A stretch of 64,000 nucleotides of DNA from NCBI GenBank assembly GCA_003130835.1, contig QEXX01000089.1, positions 36,449 through 100,448 of the forward strand, read 5' to 3'. The notes under the pieces are model-generated. The model worked only from the letters and a program-made list of their open reading frames with translations. It did no database searches and was not told the origin of the DNA. The position numbers were made by a program, and so were the translations under genes. Of the stretch, positions 18,947 to 27,836 are shown one piece after another; positions within the stretch are counted from its first letter, which is position 1, and every line of letters starts with the position of its first letter. This DNA is from Anaerolineae bacterium. GTDB lineage: Bacteria; Chloroflexota; Anaerolineae; Anaerolineales; UBA4823.

Positions 18947-20002
18947 ATGGCTAGAGTATTTGATGTCATTGAATATCCTAACGAAATGAAAGATGAATTG
19001 GTTCACCGCTTTCCTGAAAGCGGGCCAGGCGATTTTCGAATCGGCTCCCAGGTCATTGTCCGCGAAACCCAAGTGGCTGTGTTCTTTCGGGATGGCAATG
19101 CCCTAGACGTTTTCGGGCCTGGTCGCCACACCATTACGACTCTTAACATCCCCCTGCTCATCGAACGAATTGGTAAAACCTTCTTCAATGAACGAACCCC
19201 CTTCCCCGCCGAAGTCTATTTTGTCTCCATGCGAGATTTTATCGACCGCAAGTGGGGTACACCGCAACCGATCATCGTCCGCAATCCCAACATGGGCTTA
19301 GGCGTAGCTTTGTTGCAAGGTTTTGGCACTTATGGTTTCCAGGTTAAAGACCCGCAACAATTTGTGACCCAGATTGTCGGAGCGCAGGGAAAATACCGTA
19401 TTAGCGACATCGAAGACCGTTTACGCGCAATCCTTCTTTCCAAACTGAGCGACCTATTGGGTGAAACCACCGCAAAACACAGCGTCCCTGAGCTAATTGG
19501 ATTAACCGAAGAACTTAGCGCAGGAGTGCGAGCCAAAGCCCAAGATGATTTTGCTGCTCTAGGCTTAACCCTGAAAGCTTTCTATATCGAAAACCTCAAG
19601 CCTTCCACCAAATCAGCCGAAGAGCTGCGCGCCATGGGCATGCTGGACATGGCAACCTACACCCAATTACAAGCTGCCGACGCGCTGCGTGAAGCCGCTC
19701 AGAATCCCAGCGGTGGAGCCGGTCTTACAGCTGGGATTGGCGCTGGCATGGGTATCGGAAATGTGATCAGTCAATCGTTACAAGGGATGCAACCCGGTCA
19801 AGCGGGAGCGCCCGCACCTTCACCTTCCTCTACACCGCCCTCGATTCCGCCAGTCATGACGCCTAGCGAAGCGGCTGCATTTTTACGCGTCTCCGAAGAG
19901 GATGTTATCGCAGCGATTAATGCGGGTGAGTTAAAAGCCAAGAAAATTGGCAATGCTTACCGCATCAGCAAAGAAGCTTTAGAGGAGTTTCTCAAAGGAT
20001 AG
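18947..20002 (+). CDS. SPFH-superfamily protein of the YdjI / 'virion core protein-like' (COG4260) type, fused to a C-terminal excisionase-family HTH
   Basis: 351 aa. The N-terminus (FDVIEYPNEMKDELVHRFPE...IGSQVIVRETQVAVFFRDGNALDVFGPGRH) matches the YdjI-like family as I recall it. A Gly/Ala/Pro-rich linker follows. The last ~50 aa (MTPSEAAAFLRVSEEDVIAAINAGELKAKKIGNAYRISKEALEEFL) fit the HTH_17/excisionase pattern. Confidence 0.8.
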   Translation: MARVFDVIEYPNEMKDELVHRFPESGPGDFRIGSQVIVRETQVAVFFRDGNALDVFGPGRHTITTLNIPLLIERIGKTFFNERTPFPAEVYFVSMRDFIDRKWGTPQPIIVRNPNMGLGVALLQGFGTYGFQVKDPQQFVTQIVGAQGKYRISDIEDRLRAILLSKLSDLLGETTAKHSVPELIGLTEELSAGVRAKAQDDFAALGLTLKAFYIENLKPSTKSAEELRAMGMLDMATYTQLQAADALREAAQNPSGGAGLTAGIGAGMGIGNVISQSLQGMQPGQAGAPAPSPSSTPPSIPPVMTPSEAAAFLRVSEEDVIAAINAGELKAKKIGNAYRISKEALEEFLKG

Positions 20003-20010
20003 CGCTCCTA

Positions 20011-20571
20011 TCAAGCGCGCGTATAAAAGACTAGGAGCGTGCTTCCATACCGGCGCTGATCGAATTCGACAAGTTGTTGGAGAACCGAAGCTTCAGCTAG
20101 GTTTTCATACTCAAGCGGATGGATTTGGACAATACACCAACCATCTGTCGATAACCAGCCGAGATTGCGGTCGATGATTTCTAGCGTTTTTCTCCACAAT
20201 TGATGGTATTGTGGAGGTGCAATGTAAATATAATCGAACGCTTGATCGGCTGGTTTTTCTAACTCTTTTAGGACATCCGCCTGAATCACCTGAGCGACTT
20301 GGCTGAGACCTGTTAGGCGTAGATTTTCTTGAATGGTCTGGATGGCCTTCCGATTTAGCTCATAGAAACGAGCCAGCGCTGCCCCTCGGCTTAAGGCTTC
20401 AATTCCTACACTGCCTGTCCCACCAAAGCAATCCAAAAAACTGGCGCCCTGGATATCGGCACCAATAATGTTGAAAAGGGCTTCTTTGGTGCGATCGGTG
20501 ATTGGGCGGGTTGTATCGCCTGGAACGGGTTTCAGTTGACGTCCTTTGGCTTTTCCGGCAATAACTCGCAT
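20011..20571 (-). CDS. rsmD: 16S rRNA (guanine966-N2)-methyltransferase RsmD
   Basis: 186 aa with MRVIAGKAKGRQL...TRPITDRTKEALFNI, DCFGGTGSVGIEALSRGA and the IYIAPPQ (DPPY-like) motif. Confidence 0.9.
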   Translation of the reverse strand: MRVIAGKAKGRQLKPVPGDTTRPITDRTKEALFNIIGADIQGASFLDCFGGTGSVGIEALSRGAALARFYELNRKAIQTIQENLRLTGLSQVAQVIQADVLKELEKPADQAFDYIYIAPPQYHQLWRKTLEIIDRNLGWLSTDGWCIVQIHPLEYENLAEASVLQQLVEFDQRRYGSTLLVFYTRA

Positions 20572-20574
20572 CGA

Positions 20575-21561
20575 TCAAACAATCTCTACACTTTTGCGCG
20601 CCGCCAACAGGTTGCCATAAGGCGCTGTTATGGGTACCACACAACCAGTGCCCAAGATAAAACGTTCGCCTTGCGTGAGTTCTATTGCCTTCCTAGATTG
20701 CGCAGTGATTTCATCTGGAGTTCCTAACACCATTGAGGTATAGCGCAATAACCCTCCGCACACGGCTCCTTTGAATTTTTCTTTGGCTTCAACAAGGCTA
20801 GGTGGCGTCTCCTGATCATGCCAATTGATCGCTTGAATGGGTAGATTGACGAACAAATCGAACATGACATCTTCACCGTGTAAGTGCAGCATATTGAACC
20901 AAAATGGCTTTGCTGCTTCTAACACCTCCATATCATACCGCAAGCCAAACTCACGATATTCTTCTTCGCTCATCAGTCCATATTGAGCATGTTGGACCGC
21001 GTAGAAAATGCCATCAATGCCTGTCTTTCGCGCTTCTTCAATAAAACGGATGGTCGTCTCGGTGATTGTTTTCAAACCTTGTTTGAAGGCATCAGGATAC
21101 TTTCGCATCCACAGAAACACCTTGTCGCGTGAGGCTAAATTTTTGGCTTGAGTCAATGGGTTAAAGATTGTCTGGATGACCGGCGTTTCCTTGCCCAATT
21201 CATGCACAATGGCTTTGAGACAGACCAACTGCTTGCCCAACCAGCCAGCAGTTGGATCTAGAACCGGCAATTTGATCCAATCTTCGACCCGTTGAATGGG
21301 ATGTTTGATATAGTCGCGTGTACCTTCCGATGCCCCTCGCCAGACATCCTCAGCTCCCCAATCCTTCACACAAAAGGAAGAAGCTGGAGTGACCTTAACC
21401 GCATCAAAGTCGAATTGCTTTTGAAATTGAATGGTCGCCTCTGCCAGCCGCAAAGGCTCTTGATCATCGACCGGAAAGTGGCGCCATAACATTACCGGCA
21501 CACGATCAAGTGCTTTTCCAGAAATACAGGCTTCAATTCGTTCGCGATGGGATAGGTTCAT
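20575..21561 (-). CDS. Uroporphyrinogen decarboxylase (URO-D) family protein (possible MtaA/CmuA-like methyltransferase)
   Basis: URO-D-fold N-terminus (RERIEACISGKALDRVPVMLWRHFP). I chose the start at 21561 because its ATG overlaps the upstream TGA (ATGA). Alternative starts are at 21570 and 21591. Confidence 0.78.
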   Translation of the reverse strand: MNLSHRERIEACISGKALDRVPVMLWRHFPVDDQEPLRLAEATIQFQKQFDFDAVKVTPASSFCVKDWGAEDVWRGASEGTRDYIKHPIQRVEDWIKLPVLDPTAGWLGKQLVCLKAIVHELGKETPVIQTIFNPLTQAKNLASRDKVFLWMRKYPDAFKQGLKTITETTIRFIEEARKTGIDGIFYAVQHAQYGLMSEEEYREFGLRYDMEVLEAAKPFWFNMLHLHGEDVMFDLFVNLPIQAINWHDQETPPSLVEAKEKFKGAVCGGLLRYTSMVLGTPDEITAQSRKAIELTQGERFILGTGCVVPITAPYGNLLAARKSVEIV

Positions 21562-21896
21562 CGTTGCCATACCTCTCTTTCTAAATTCCAATCTTGATCC
21601 CGGATGTAATTGAGTTGACCAAGGGCTAACCTGCGCAGCATTCTGAAACGATTACGATCTGTCATTGCTTGATGTTCGATTTGATGAACAATCTTTTCGA
21701 AGAGACGAGCAGCTTCCTGAGGATTTCCCTTAGCCTTCAGGACGATTGCCAAACCATATTGGGTCTCGATCGAATCGGGTTCAATGACCAACACTTGACG
21801 AAAAAGCTGCTCCGCTTCTTCATCATCACCACGAGCATGAGCTGCCCAGGCATTAATAAAAAGTGTCTTTGAGTTTTTGCTGACACCTTCTTCCAT
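21558..21896 (-). CDS. Small TPR-repeat protein
   Basis: 112 aa. Two to three TPR-like helical hairpins (AWAAHARGDDEEAEQLFRQVLVIEPDSIETQYGLAIVLKAKGNPQEAARLFEKIV). Confidence 0.65.
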   Translation of the reverse strand: MEEGVSKNSKTLFINAWAAHARGDDEEAEQLFRQVLVIEPDSIETQYGLAIVLKAKGNPQEAARLFEKIVHQIEHQAMTDRNRFRMLRRLALGQLNYIRDQDWNLEREVWQR

Positions 21897-21922
21897 TTGA
21901 CCAACCTCACATTATAGAAAGC

Positions 21923-23131
21923 TTAGGTTTGCTCCATAATCGCCTTGAGTTGAACTTGCTCTTCTTCTTGTTGGCTCAAATAATCGCTCATAAAAGAAGA
22001 TTTTCGCAATCGCAAGGCCATCGGGGCAACTTGCTTTAAGTCACTCACTTCGACCACTTGGCGTGAGTCGGCTGCAGCGAAAGCGCGCGCCGCTTCAAAA
22101 AGAGTGATCTCCGCTCGTAAGGAATCAATCCCTAATTCTTTGATCCACTTCAACCCGACCTTAGCGACTTCATCCGGTAACTCTACTTTCGGCAACAACT
22201 CGCGGGCAAGTTGAATTTCCTCACGGGCAATTTCAGTTTCCAGTCGATATTGAGCTGCTGTTAATCGGGGATTTGCCAAGTATGCCTTAACCCGTCGATA
22301 GGCTTCAAGCCTTTCTTCATCGTTATCCAAACCCCGAACAATCACCCTTAATCCAAAGCGGTCTTGGATTTGAGGCCGCAAATGACCCTCCTCTGGATTC
22401 ATGGAGCCGATCAAAATGAACCTGGAGCGATACGTGGCAGAAACGGGACCGCGTCGCACCGTGTAACTACCCTGAGCGGCTGCATCTAAGAGAGCATCCA
22501 CAATATCATCATTCAAAAGGTTGACTTCATCAACATACAAAACATTGCGATCCGCTTGAGCCAAAATGCCTCGCTGCAAACGCAGCCTTTGATGAAGAGC
22601 AGCGCGTTCGTCAATGCCACCGATAACATCCTCCAAGCGGGCATTGAGCGGTAACTCGACCAATCTGGCTCGATCCATCACCGCCAAGGGTTTTCCTTCA
22701 GCATATTTGCGGGCGCAATCCGGGCAGACGGCATCCATCCCCATGGTTTCAATATCTTCGGGCAAACAGCCATAATAGCACAGGCTTTTGGGCACCAAAG
22801 GGAGTAAGTCCAATAATCCTCTCACAGCCGTTGTCTTACCTGTTCCACGCGGTCCGATCAATAATACACCACCCATGGCCGGATTGATCAGTGCCAAGAG
22901 CAAAGCCATTTTCATTTCATACTGATTGACAATGGCTAAGAAAGGAAAGGGAATTACTTCGGCAATGCCTGAGTCTTCCTGCACCTGCGGTGGTGTTAAT
23001 CCCTTGCCAACAACCCGGTCGATCAGATCGCGTAGAGAGCGTACACCACTCGAAATTTGCGAGGATGTCTCCGTGGCAGTTTCAGGCAAAGGTTGGACTT
23101 CACCAGCAGGGGGTAGTGAATTTCCTTCCAT
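21923..23131 (-). CDS. ChlI/BchI-type AAA+ ATPase (magnesium-chelatase subunit I family)
   Basis: 402 aa, collinear with BchI. Landmarks are FPFLAIVNQYEMKMALLL, Walker A GPRGTGKTT, Walker B LYVDEVNLL, and GSMNPEEGHLRPQIQDRFGL. It carries a Cys-rich insert, CYYGC...CPDC. Confidence 0.85.
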   Translation of the reverse strand: MEGNSLPPAGEVQPLPETATETSSQISSGVRSLRDLIDRVVGKGLTPPQVQEDSGIAEVIPFPFLAIVNQYEMKMALLLALINPAMGGVLLIGPRGTGKTTAVRGLLDLLPLVPKSLCYYGCLPEDIETMGMDAVCPDCARKYAEGKPLAVMDRARLVELPLNARLEDVIGGIDERAALHQRLRLQRGILAQADRNVLYVDEVNLLNDDIVDALLDAAAQGSYTVRRGPVSATYRSRFILIGSMNPEEGHLRPQIQDRFGLRVIVRGLDNDEERLEAYRRVKAYLANPRLTAAQYRLETEIAREEIQLARELLPKVELPDEVAKVGLKWIKELGIDSLRAEITLFEAARAFAAADSRQVVEVSDLKQVAPMALRLRKSSFMSDYLSQQEEEQVQLKAIMEQT

Positions 23132-23515
23132 CTAGTCCATATCTTCTTTCAAGTCGCCAAAATCAAGTGGTGGCAACAAGCTTGGATTGTCTTCTAAGAC
23201 ATCAAACGCCCCAATGGGGATATCCGGCATCATCGGCGCTAGAGGTGTCGTGGCAGGAGGTTTAATCGGTTTTGGCGGTGGCGGTGGCGTTAATCGAGGT
23301 TTCAAATAACCCGATGAGTGCTTACGCAAAATGCGCGGCTCATCGCTTAACCACCCCACATAATGCCCATGCACAGAGTAAACTTGACGAGTGGGTGTAA
23401 CCCATCCAATCCATTCTCCTTGGCGGTTGAAGATATAGGGATAAACTAAAAACGCCGCCGCATCTCCACTGGTTGTGTAGATGACTACAAGTTTTTTACG
23501 CGCTGGTTGTTCCAT
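23132..23515 (-). CDS. Hypothetical protein: N-terminal beta-rich domain plus Pro-rich and acidic tail
   Basis: 127 aa. It has repeated G-W-(I/V)-G-W motifs (GEWIGWV, GHYVGWL), then PPPPPKPIKPP and an acidic C-terminus. Its stop abuts the ChlI-like start codon with a 0-nt gap. Confidence 0.6.
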   Translation of the reverse strand: MEQPARKKLVVIYTTSGDAAAFLVYPYIFNRQGEWIGWVTPTRQVYSVHGHYVGWLSDEPRILRKHSSGYLKPRLTPPPPPKPIKPPATTPLAPMMPDIPIGAFDVLEDNPSLLPPLDFGDLKEDMD

Positions 23516-23544
23516 CGCTTGACCAACCTCCCTCCCTTGCTTTT

Positions 23545-24009
23545 TTACGCTGGAACATCATTATACGTTAGATAACGATTCATGTAAAAATTCCAAAACA
23601 TCACCACCAAAATAGCAATTCCCAGCGAAAGATTATGAGCTAACCAAATCGGTTTGACTTGTATGGCACGCAACACTTCCAGTTGTCCAAAAAATCGCGC
23701 CAATCTTCCTTCCAAAAAGACAAATAAAGGCGTTCGAATCGCTAAACCACCTACATTGATTGCTGCAAATAGAATCAACTGGGAAGCAAGGGACTTTGAG
23801 CGCGAGTCGGGGTATGTCCACAGTCGATTCCAAGTAAAATTGTTGAGCACAGCCAATGAAAATGAAAAAACGCTTGATAATACAGCATTGAGATGCAGTC
23901 CATGTGCAAACAGGTTAAAAAAACCGAAATCCACAACTGCCCCAACTGTACCGACAATCGCAAACCTAATAAAGCGAGTTCTTTCTTTCGGATTGCGCAG
24001 GATGGACAC
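23545..24009 (-). CDS. GtrA-family membrane protein
   Basis: 154 aa with four TM helices and the GtrA N-terminal motif RFIRFAIVGTVGAVVDFGFFNL. Confidence 0.8.
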   Translation of the reverse strand: MSILRNPKERTRFIRFAIVGTVGAVVDFGFFNLFAHGLHLNAVLSSVFSFSLAVLNNFTWNRLWTYPDSRSKSLASQLILFAAINVGGLAIRTPLFVFLEGRLARFFGQLEVLRAIQVKPIWLAHNLSLGIAILVVMFWNFYMNRYLTYNDVPA

Positions 24010-24968
24010 TATTCTAATCCCATTTTGTATCGAAAATAAGCGATGGTTTCTCGCAATCCATCTTCAAGGGAAACGCGCGGCTCCCAGCCTAAGATTTCTT
24101 TTGCACGTTGAATATCGGGTTGCCGCCGTTGCGGATCGCCTTCCAATCTAGCTTGGGGGCGAAAGACGATACCACCCTTATTTCCAACCAGCCGATTGAT
24201 CACCTCGGCAAATTCCAGAATGCTTGTCTCTTGAGGGTTTCCGATATTCACCGGCAGATGTTCGTTTGAGTACAACAAGCGGACAATTCCATCGATCAGA
24301 TCGTCAACATAACAAAAGCTGCGCGTTTGACTACCATCACCATACACCGTAAGAGGTTCACCTCGCAGGGCTTGTTGAATGAAGTTCGGTACCACGCGCC
24401 CATCCTCTAAGTGCATGCGTGGACCATAGGTGTTAAAAATCCGCACGATGCGCGTATCAATACCATGAAAGCGATGATAAGCCATTGTTAGCGCTTCTGC
24501 AAACCGCTTTGCTTCATCATAAACAGAACGCACACCGATCGGATCAACATGCCCCCAATAACTTTCTTTTTGGGGATGCTCTAGAGGGTCGCCATAAATT
24601 TCGCTAGTCGAAGCTAAGAGATACTTTGCTCCGTATTTTCGAGCCACCCCGAGGGTATTATGGGTTCCCAGTGCACCTGCTTTCATGGTTTGGATGGGAA
24701 GATTGACATACCCATACCGAGAAGTGGGGTTTGGACTAGCTGGAGAGGCAAAGTGCAGTACCGCATCCACCTCGCCTGGCACAAAGATAAAATTAGAAAC
24801 ATCGTGCCGTATAAACGAAAACCGCTCGTTGCCGGCTAAATGGGCTAAATTGTCTGGACTGCCGGTTATAAAATTGTCCATGCCAATGACTTCGTGCCCT
24901 TCAGAAAGCAATCGATCGCACAAATGAGACCCTAAAAACCCGGCTGCTCCGGTTACTAAAATACGCAT
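24009..24968 (-). CDS. UDP-glucuronate decarboxylase (UDP-xylose synthase), SDR family
   Basis: 319 aa with [15 protein letters not shown] and a UXS-like sequence throughout. It overlaps the GtrA start by 1 nt. Confidence 0.9.
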   Translation of the reverse strand: MRILVTGAAGFLGSHLCDRLLSEGHEVIGMDNFITGSPDNLAHLAGNERFSFIRHDVSNFIFVPGEVDAVLHFASPASPNPTSRYGYVNLPIQTMKAGALGTHNTLGVARKYGAKYLLASTSEIYGDPLEHPQKESYWGHVDPIGVRSVYDEAKRFAEALTMAYHRFHGIDTRIVRIFNTYGPRMHLEDGRVVPNFIQQALRGEPLTVYGDGSQTRSFCYVDDLIDGIVRLLYSNEHLPVNIGNPQETSILEFAEVINRLVGNKGGIVFRPQARLEGDPQRRQPDIQRAKEILGWEPRVSLEDGLRETIAYFRYKMGLE

Positions 24969-24976
24969 CGCTCACC

Positions 24977-26620
24977 TCACTGATTGAAACTCCATACAAC
25001 TCGGCTGACCAAGCCATCGCCGCTAATTTGACGCACTTTGCTTTGCTCTCCTGCCTGCTGTGGCACATCGACAAGGTAAAGATTGCCTTGATAGATGACC
25101 GCAATGGCATACAATCCCGTATCGCTCATGGGAGCAGGCGACCAACAAACGATTTGAGGCTCTAACCCCGCTTCCCCTTCTTGAGGGAAGAGCACCTGCG
25201 TGTCAGAGCCATCTTGATCCATAACCATCAATTGATAACGGCTGACCTCGCTCTGCTCCGGTTGTTTAGCTTGTAAGTAGGCTAGACGATAACGCTGTCC
25301 CAAATCATCCGCTATGATTGGAGAAGGAATTGGGGAAGCAAACATGCCAGTCTGTCGGACGAGATGGATCGGAAGGCGCGCATTCAAGGAAAGCGCAGTC
25401 ACAGCAAAGGATTTTGATTCTTCTTGGTTAGGGAGGCCCTCTTCTGGGAGATGATCAACGGTGTAAAGAAATTTTCCGTTAGGGCTCCAAGTCAATCCTG
25501 GCACCCATGCCCAGTCAGCTCCGGTTTGATAGGGAGTCAGGTTGAGGAGAACATCAAAAGTGCCATCGTCCAACAGAACTCCCACACCATCCGGTCGAGC
25601 GAAAGCAATTTGCTCGCCGTTAGGTGCTAACGCATATTGGGTTCCCCACCAACCATACACACCTCCCGAATTGGTTTCAACGATGGTCTTCAATTTGGAT
25701 ACCCACCCATTCGGGCTAAAATCCAGGCTAAGCAGGTTGTTGTTGGCTTGCCACCCCGGTGCTGTGTTTCTCGGCTCAACCGTTGAAAAATACACCCGCA
25801 ATGCCCCTGGCAAGGGCACCCAATCTGCAAAGTGAACAATGTTCTTAACCTTTAAGTTAATCAGCTTGGTCGGGTTGTCCAAATCTACCAAATGAGCTGC
25901 CCATAACGAATTAATCTGCCCTTCTTCATTCTCACGGCGAGTGAACAATAGCCACTTTCCATCTTGGGAAAGGCGAAAGACGCGCCCATCCAAGTCCCCT
26001 GTGTTCACCACTAATTTCCGATTGGCTGTGTTCCCATCAATCAACCAAGCATTCCCGCCGAGTAAATAAGCTAAGCGGCCAGGGATGTCATAGCTGATCA
26101 ATGGCTTTTGCACCCCAACCATGATGATTTCAGGTACCGGCTCTTTTAGGATGGTCATCTCATTAACCATTGTACGGGAAACTTCTACACCGTCTTCATA
26201 TAAAATCCGATAGGTAATCTCCGCTTCACCGTTTTGACCCTTTTGAGCCAACAGGTTCACTTGTTCTGGAAGCGACTCGGTTTGAACGACTTTTTGTTCA
26301 AACGGGAGAATGATACGCTCAACCTCGAAGGCTTCTTTGACTCGAGTAATAATGATCGTGGTGGGTTCATTAATGGGCGTTACAAGGGGCGGTTCAACTC
26401 GATCGAGTTGGCCAAGGGAGAGTTTTGCTTTCTGAAGAGCCTGCCCAACCGTAGTATTCGGTGCAACCTCAAGGCGAGAAACCCGCCCATCGGCTTGGAT
26501 TTCAACCCAAATATCGCCCGGACGCCCCTCGGCCGTAACGGCACACCCTACCAAGAAAACTGTGCTAACAGCCCAGAACAGAAGGTGTAACCAGAAAAAT
26601 CTGAGTGGTATAATCTTCAT
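24977..26620 (-). CDS. Envelope lipoprotein: G5 domain plus TolB-like beta-propeller
   Basis: I chose ATG 26620 (MKIIPLRFF...), which gives a lipobox FLVGC. A DUF348/G5-like segment follows (…QKGQNGEAEITYRILYEDGVEVSR…). The C-terminal part is long and WD40/TolB-like. Confidence 0.72.
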   Translation of the reverse strand: MKIIPLRFFWLHLLFWAVSTVFLVGCAVTAEGRPGDIWVEIQADGRVSRLEVAPNTTVGQALQKAKLSLGQLDRVEPPLVTPINEPTTIIITRVKEAFEVERIILPFEQKVVQTESLPEQVNLLAQKGQNGEAEITYRILYEDGVEVSRTMVNEMTILKEPVPEIIMVGVQKPLISYDIPGRLAYLLGGNAWLIDGNTANRKLVVNTGDLDGRVFRLSQDGKWLLFTRRENEEGQINSLWAAHLVDLDNPTKLINLKVKNIVHFADWVPLPGALRVYFSTVEPRNTAPGWQANNNLLSLDFSPNGWVSKLKTIVETNSGGVYGWWGTQYALAPNGEQIAFARPDGVGVLLDDGTFDVLLNLTPYQTGADWAWVPGLTWSPNGKFLYTVDHLPEEGLPNQEESKSFAVTALSLNARLPIHLVRQTGMFASPIPSPIIADDLGQRYRLAYLQAKQPEQSEVSRYQLMVMDQDGSDTQVLFPQEGEAGLEPQIVCWSPAPMSDTGLYAIAVIYQGNLYLVDVPQQAGEQSKVRQISGDGLVSRVVWSFNQ

Positions 26621-26645
26621 GCAATGAGACCAGAATGGGAAAAAG

Positions 26646-27209
26646 TTATTTTTTGCGACCACGAATCAGAATCGATCCTTCATCAATTGAAATTTCGTCG
26701 ATGAGATATTCTTCCCCCACCGTTGCAAGTTGTTCACGGAAAGCCTTGCCAACTTCTTTTGTCACCGTATCCATCACGGCTTTAGGCAAAGGAAAAGGTC
26801 CAAGCTGGGCTTGGTTAAACTCAACCACTACATTGCCAGAGAGGTCGACACCGAGGCTAAGGGCAATCGTCAGCGGAAGTTGTAGATTGTTTTGCTCGAC
26901 GAGTCCACTAACCCATATTTGTCCATCCCGGAAATGGATTTGTAGGTCGCTAATGGGTATCTGATCGGTTTGAGCATAATGTAAGGCAAGATAGGAGGTT
27001 AGTTGTTGCTCGGAGATCTCAATTGTGAATGAATCCCGCTGTTCAGCTTCAAGGATAGCTTTTTCAAGCGTTTCGCTCATGGCAAGTGCCTCTTCCGTTG
27101 AGACAGGAATGCGTTCAAACTCGCGAACGCCAAGTTGACTCATCTGACACGCTAAGGTGCTGAGCAGAAGAACAAGCAGGCTAAAGTGAAGAGTAAGTTT
27201 TTTCATCAT
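26646..27209 (-). CDS. Secreted or lipid-anchored hypothetical protein
   Basis: I chose ATG 27209 (MMKKLTLHFSLLVLLLSTLAC...), which gives a signal peptide. The longer ORF start at 27320 would run into the divergent scpB promoter region. Confidence 0.6.
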   Translation of the reverse strand: MMKKLTLHFSLLVLLLSTLACQMSQLGVREFERIPVSTEEALAMSETLEKAILEAEQRDSFTIEISEQQLTSYLALHYAQTDQIPISDLQIHFRDGQIWVSGLVEQNNLQLPLTIALSLGVDLSGNVVVEFNQAQLGPFPLPKAVMDTVTKEVGKAFREQLATVGEEYLIDEISIDEGSILIRGRKK

Positions 27210-27250
27210 CTCGACTACAAATAAATGATTTGGCAAAATTGTATCACAGC

Positions 27251-27832
27251 ATGAATGACCAACCTCTATCAAGTTTCGATCTTCCTGCCCTGCTAGAAGC
27301 CTTGCTTTTTGTTTCCCCAAGCCCAGTCAGCGTGCATCAATTCGCTGAGGCGTTGCAAGTTTCACCCTTGCAGATCGAGCAAGCTCTCGTAGCGTTGGAG
27401 CAAAGATACCTGTCCACCGAAGCACCCTCATATCTGCGCCTTCAAAAACACCAAGGCCGTTTCCAACTGACCACCGCAGCAGAAATAGCATCCTTTATCG
27501 AAAAATTTTTAGGTTTAGAGACAACCACCCGCCTCACCCAAGCTGCTTTAGAAACTCTCGCTGTCATCGCCTACCGTCAACCGATCACGCGTCCCCAAAT
27601 TGAGACCATCCGTGGCGTAAACAGTGATAGCGTCTTGAAAACTCTATTGAGTAAAGGCCTGATTCAAGAGGTTGGTCGAGCCGAAGCCCCTGGCCGCCCC
27701 ATTCTCTATGCTGTAACCACAGAATTTTTACAACATTTTGGCTTTTCATCCATTGAGCAGCTCCCCCATTGGGAGAATGAGAGGGATGAAAAGGCCTTAG
27801 AAGTGGAAGAGAATACCCAATCTGAGTTTTGA
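27251..27832 (+). CDS. scpB: Segregation and condensation protein B (ScpB)
   Basis: LPALLEALLFVSPSPVS... with tandem winged-helix domains (LETLAVIAYRQPITRPQIETIRGV). I chose ATG 27251; the track's start at 27230 is TTG. Confidence 0.9.
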   Translation: MNDQPLSSFDLPALLEALLFVSPSPVSVHQFAEALQVSPLQIEQALVALEQRYLSTEAPSYLRLQKHQGRFQLTTAAEIASFIEKFLGLETTTRLTQAALETLAVIAYRQPITRPQIETIRGVNSDSVLKTLLSKGLIQEVGRAEAPGRPILYAVTTEFLQHFGFSSIEQLPHWENERDEKALEVEENTQSEF

Positions 27833-27836
27833 GAAG

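Noticed and set aside
23654-24151. 165-aa plus-strand ORF spanning the GtrA / UDP-xylose synthase junction
   Set aside because: It is antisense to two well-supported genes and its sequence is basic and low-complexity. I treat it as a shadow ORF.
27230-27320. Overlap of long ORF versions of the divergent 26646 and scpB genes
   Set aside because: Internal starts resolve the overlap and give canonical N-termini. ATG 27209 yields a signal peptide, and ATG 27251 yields the ScpB N-terminus.
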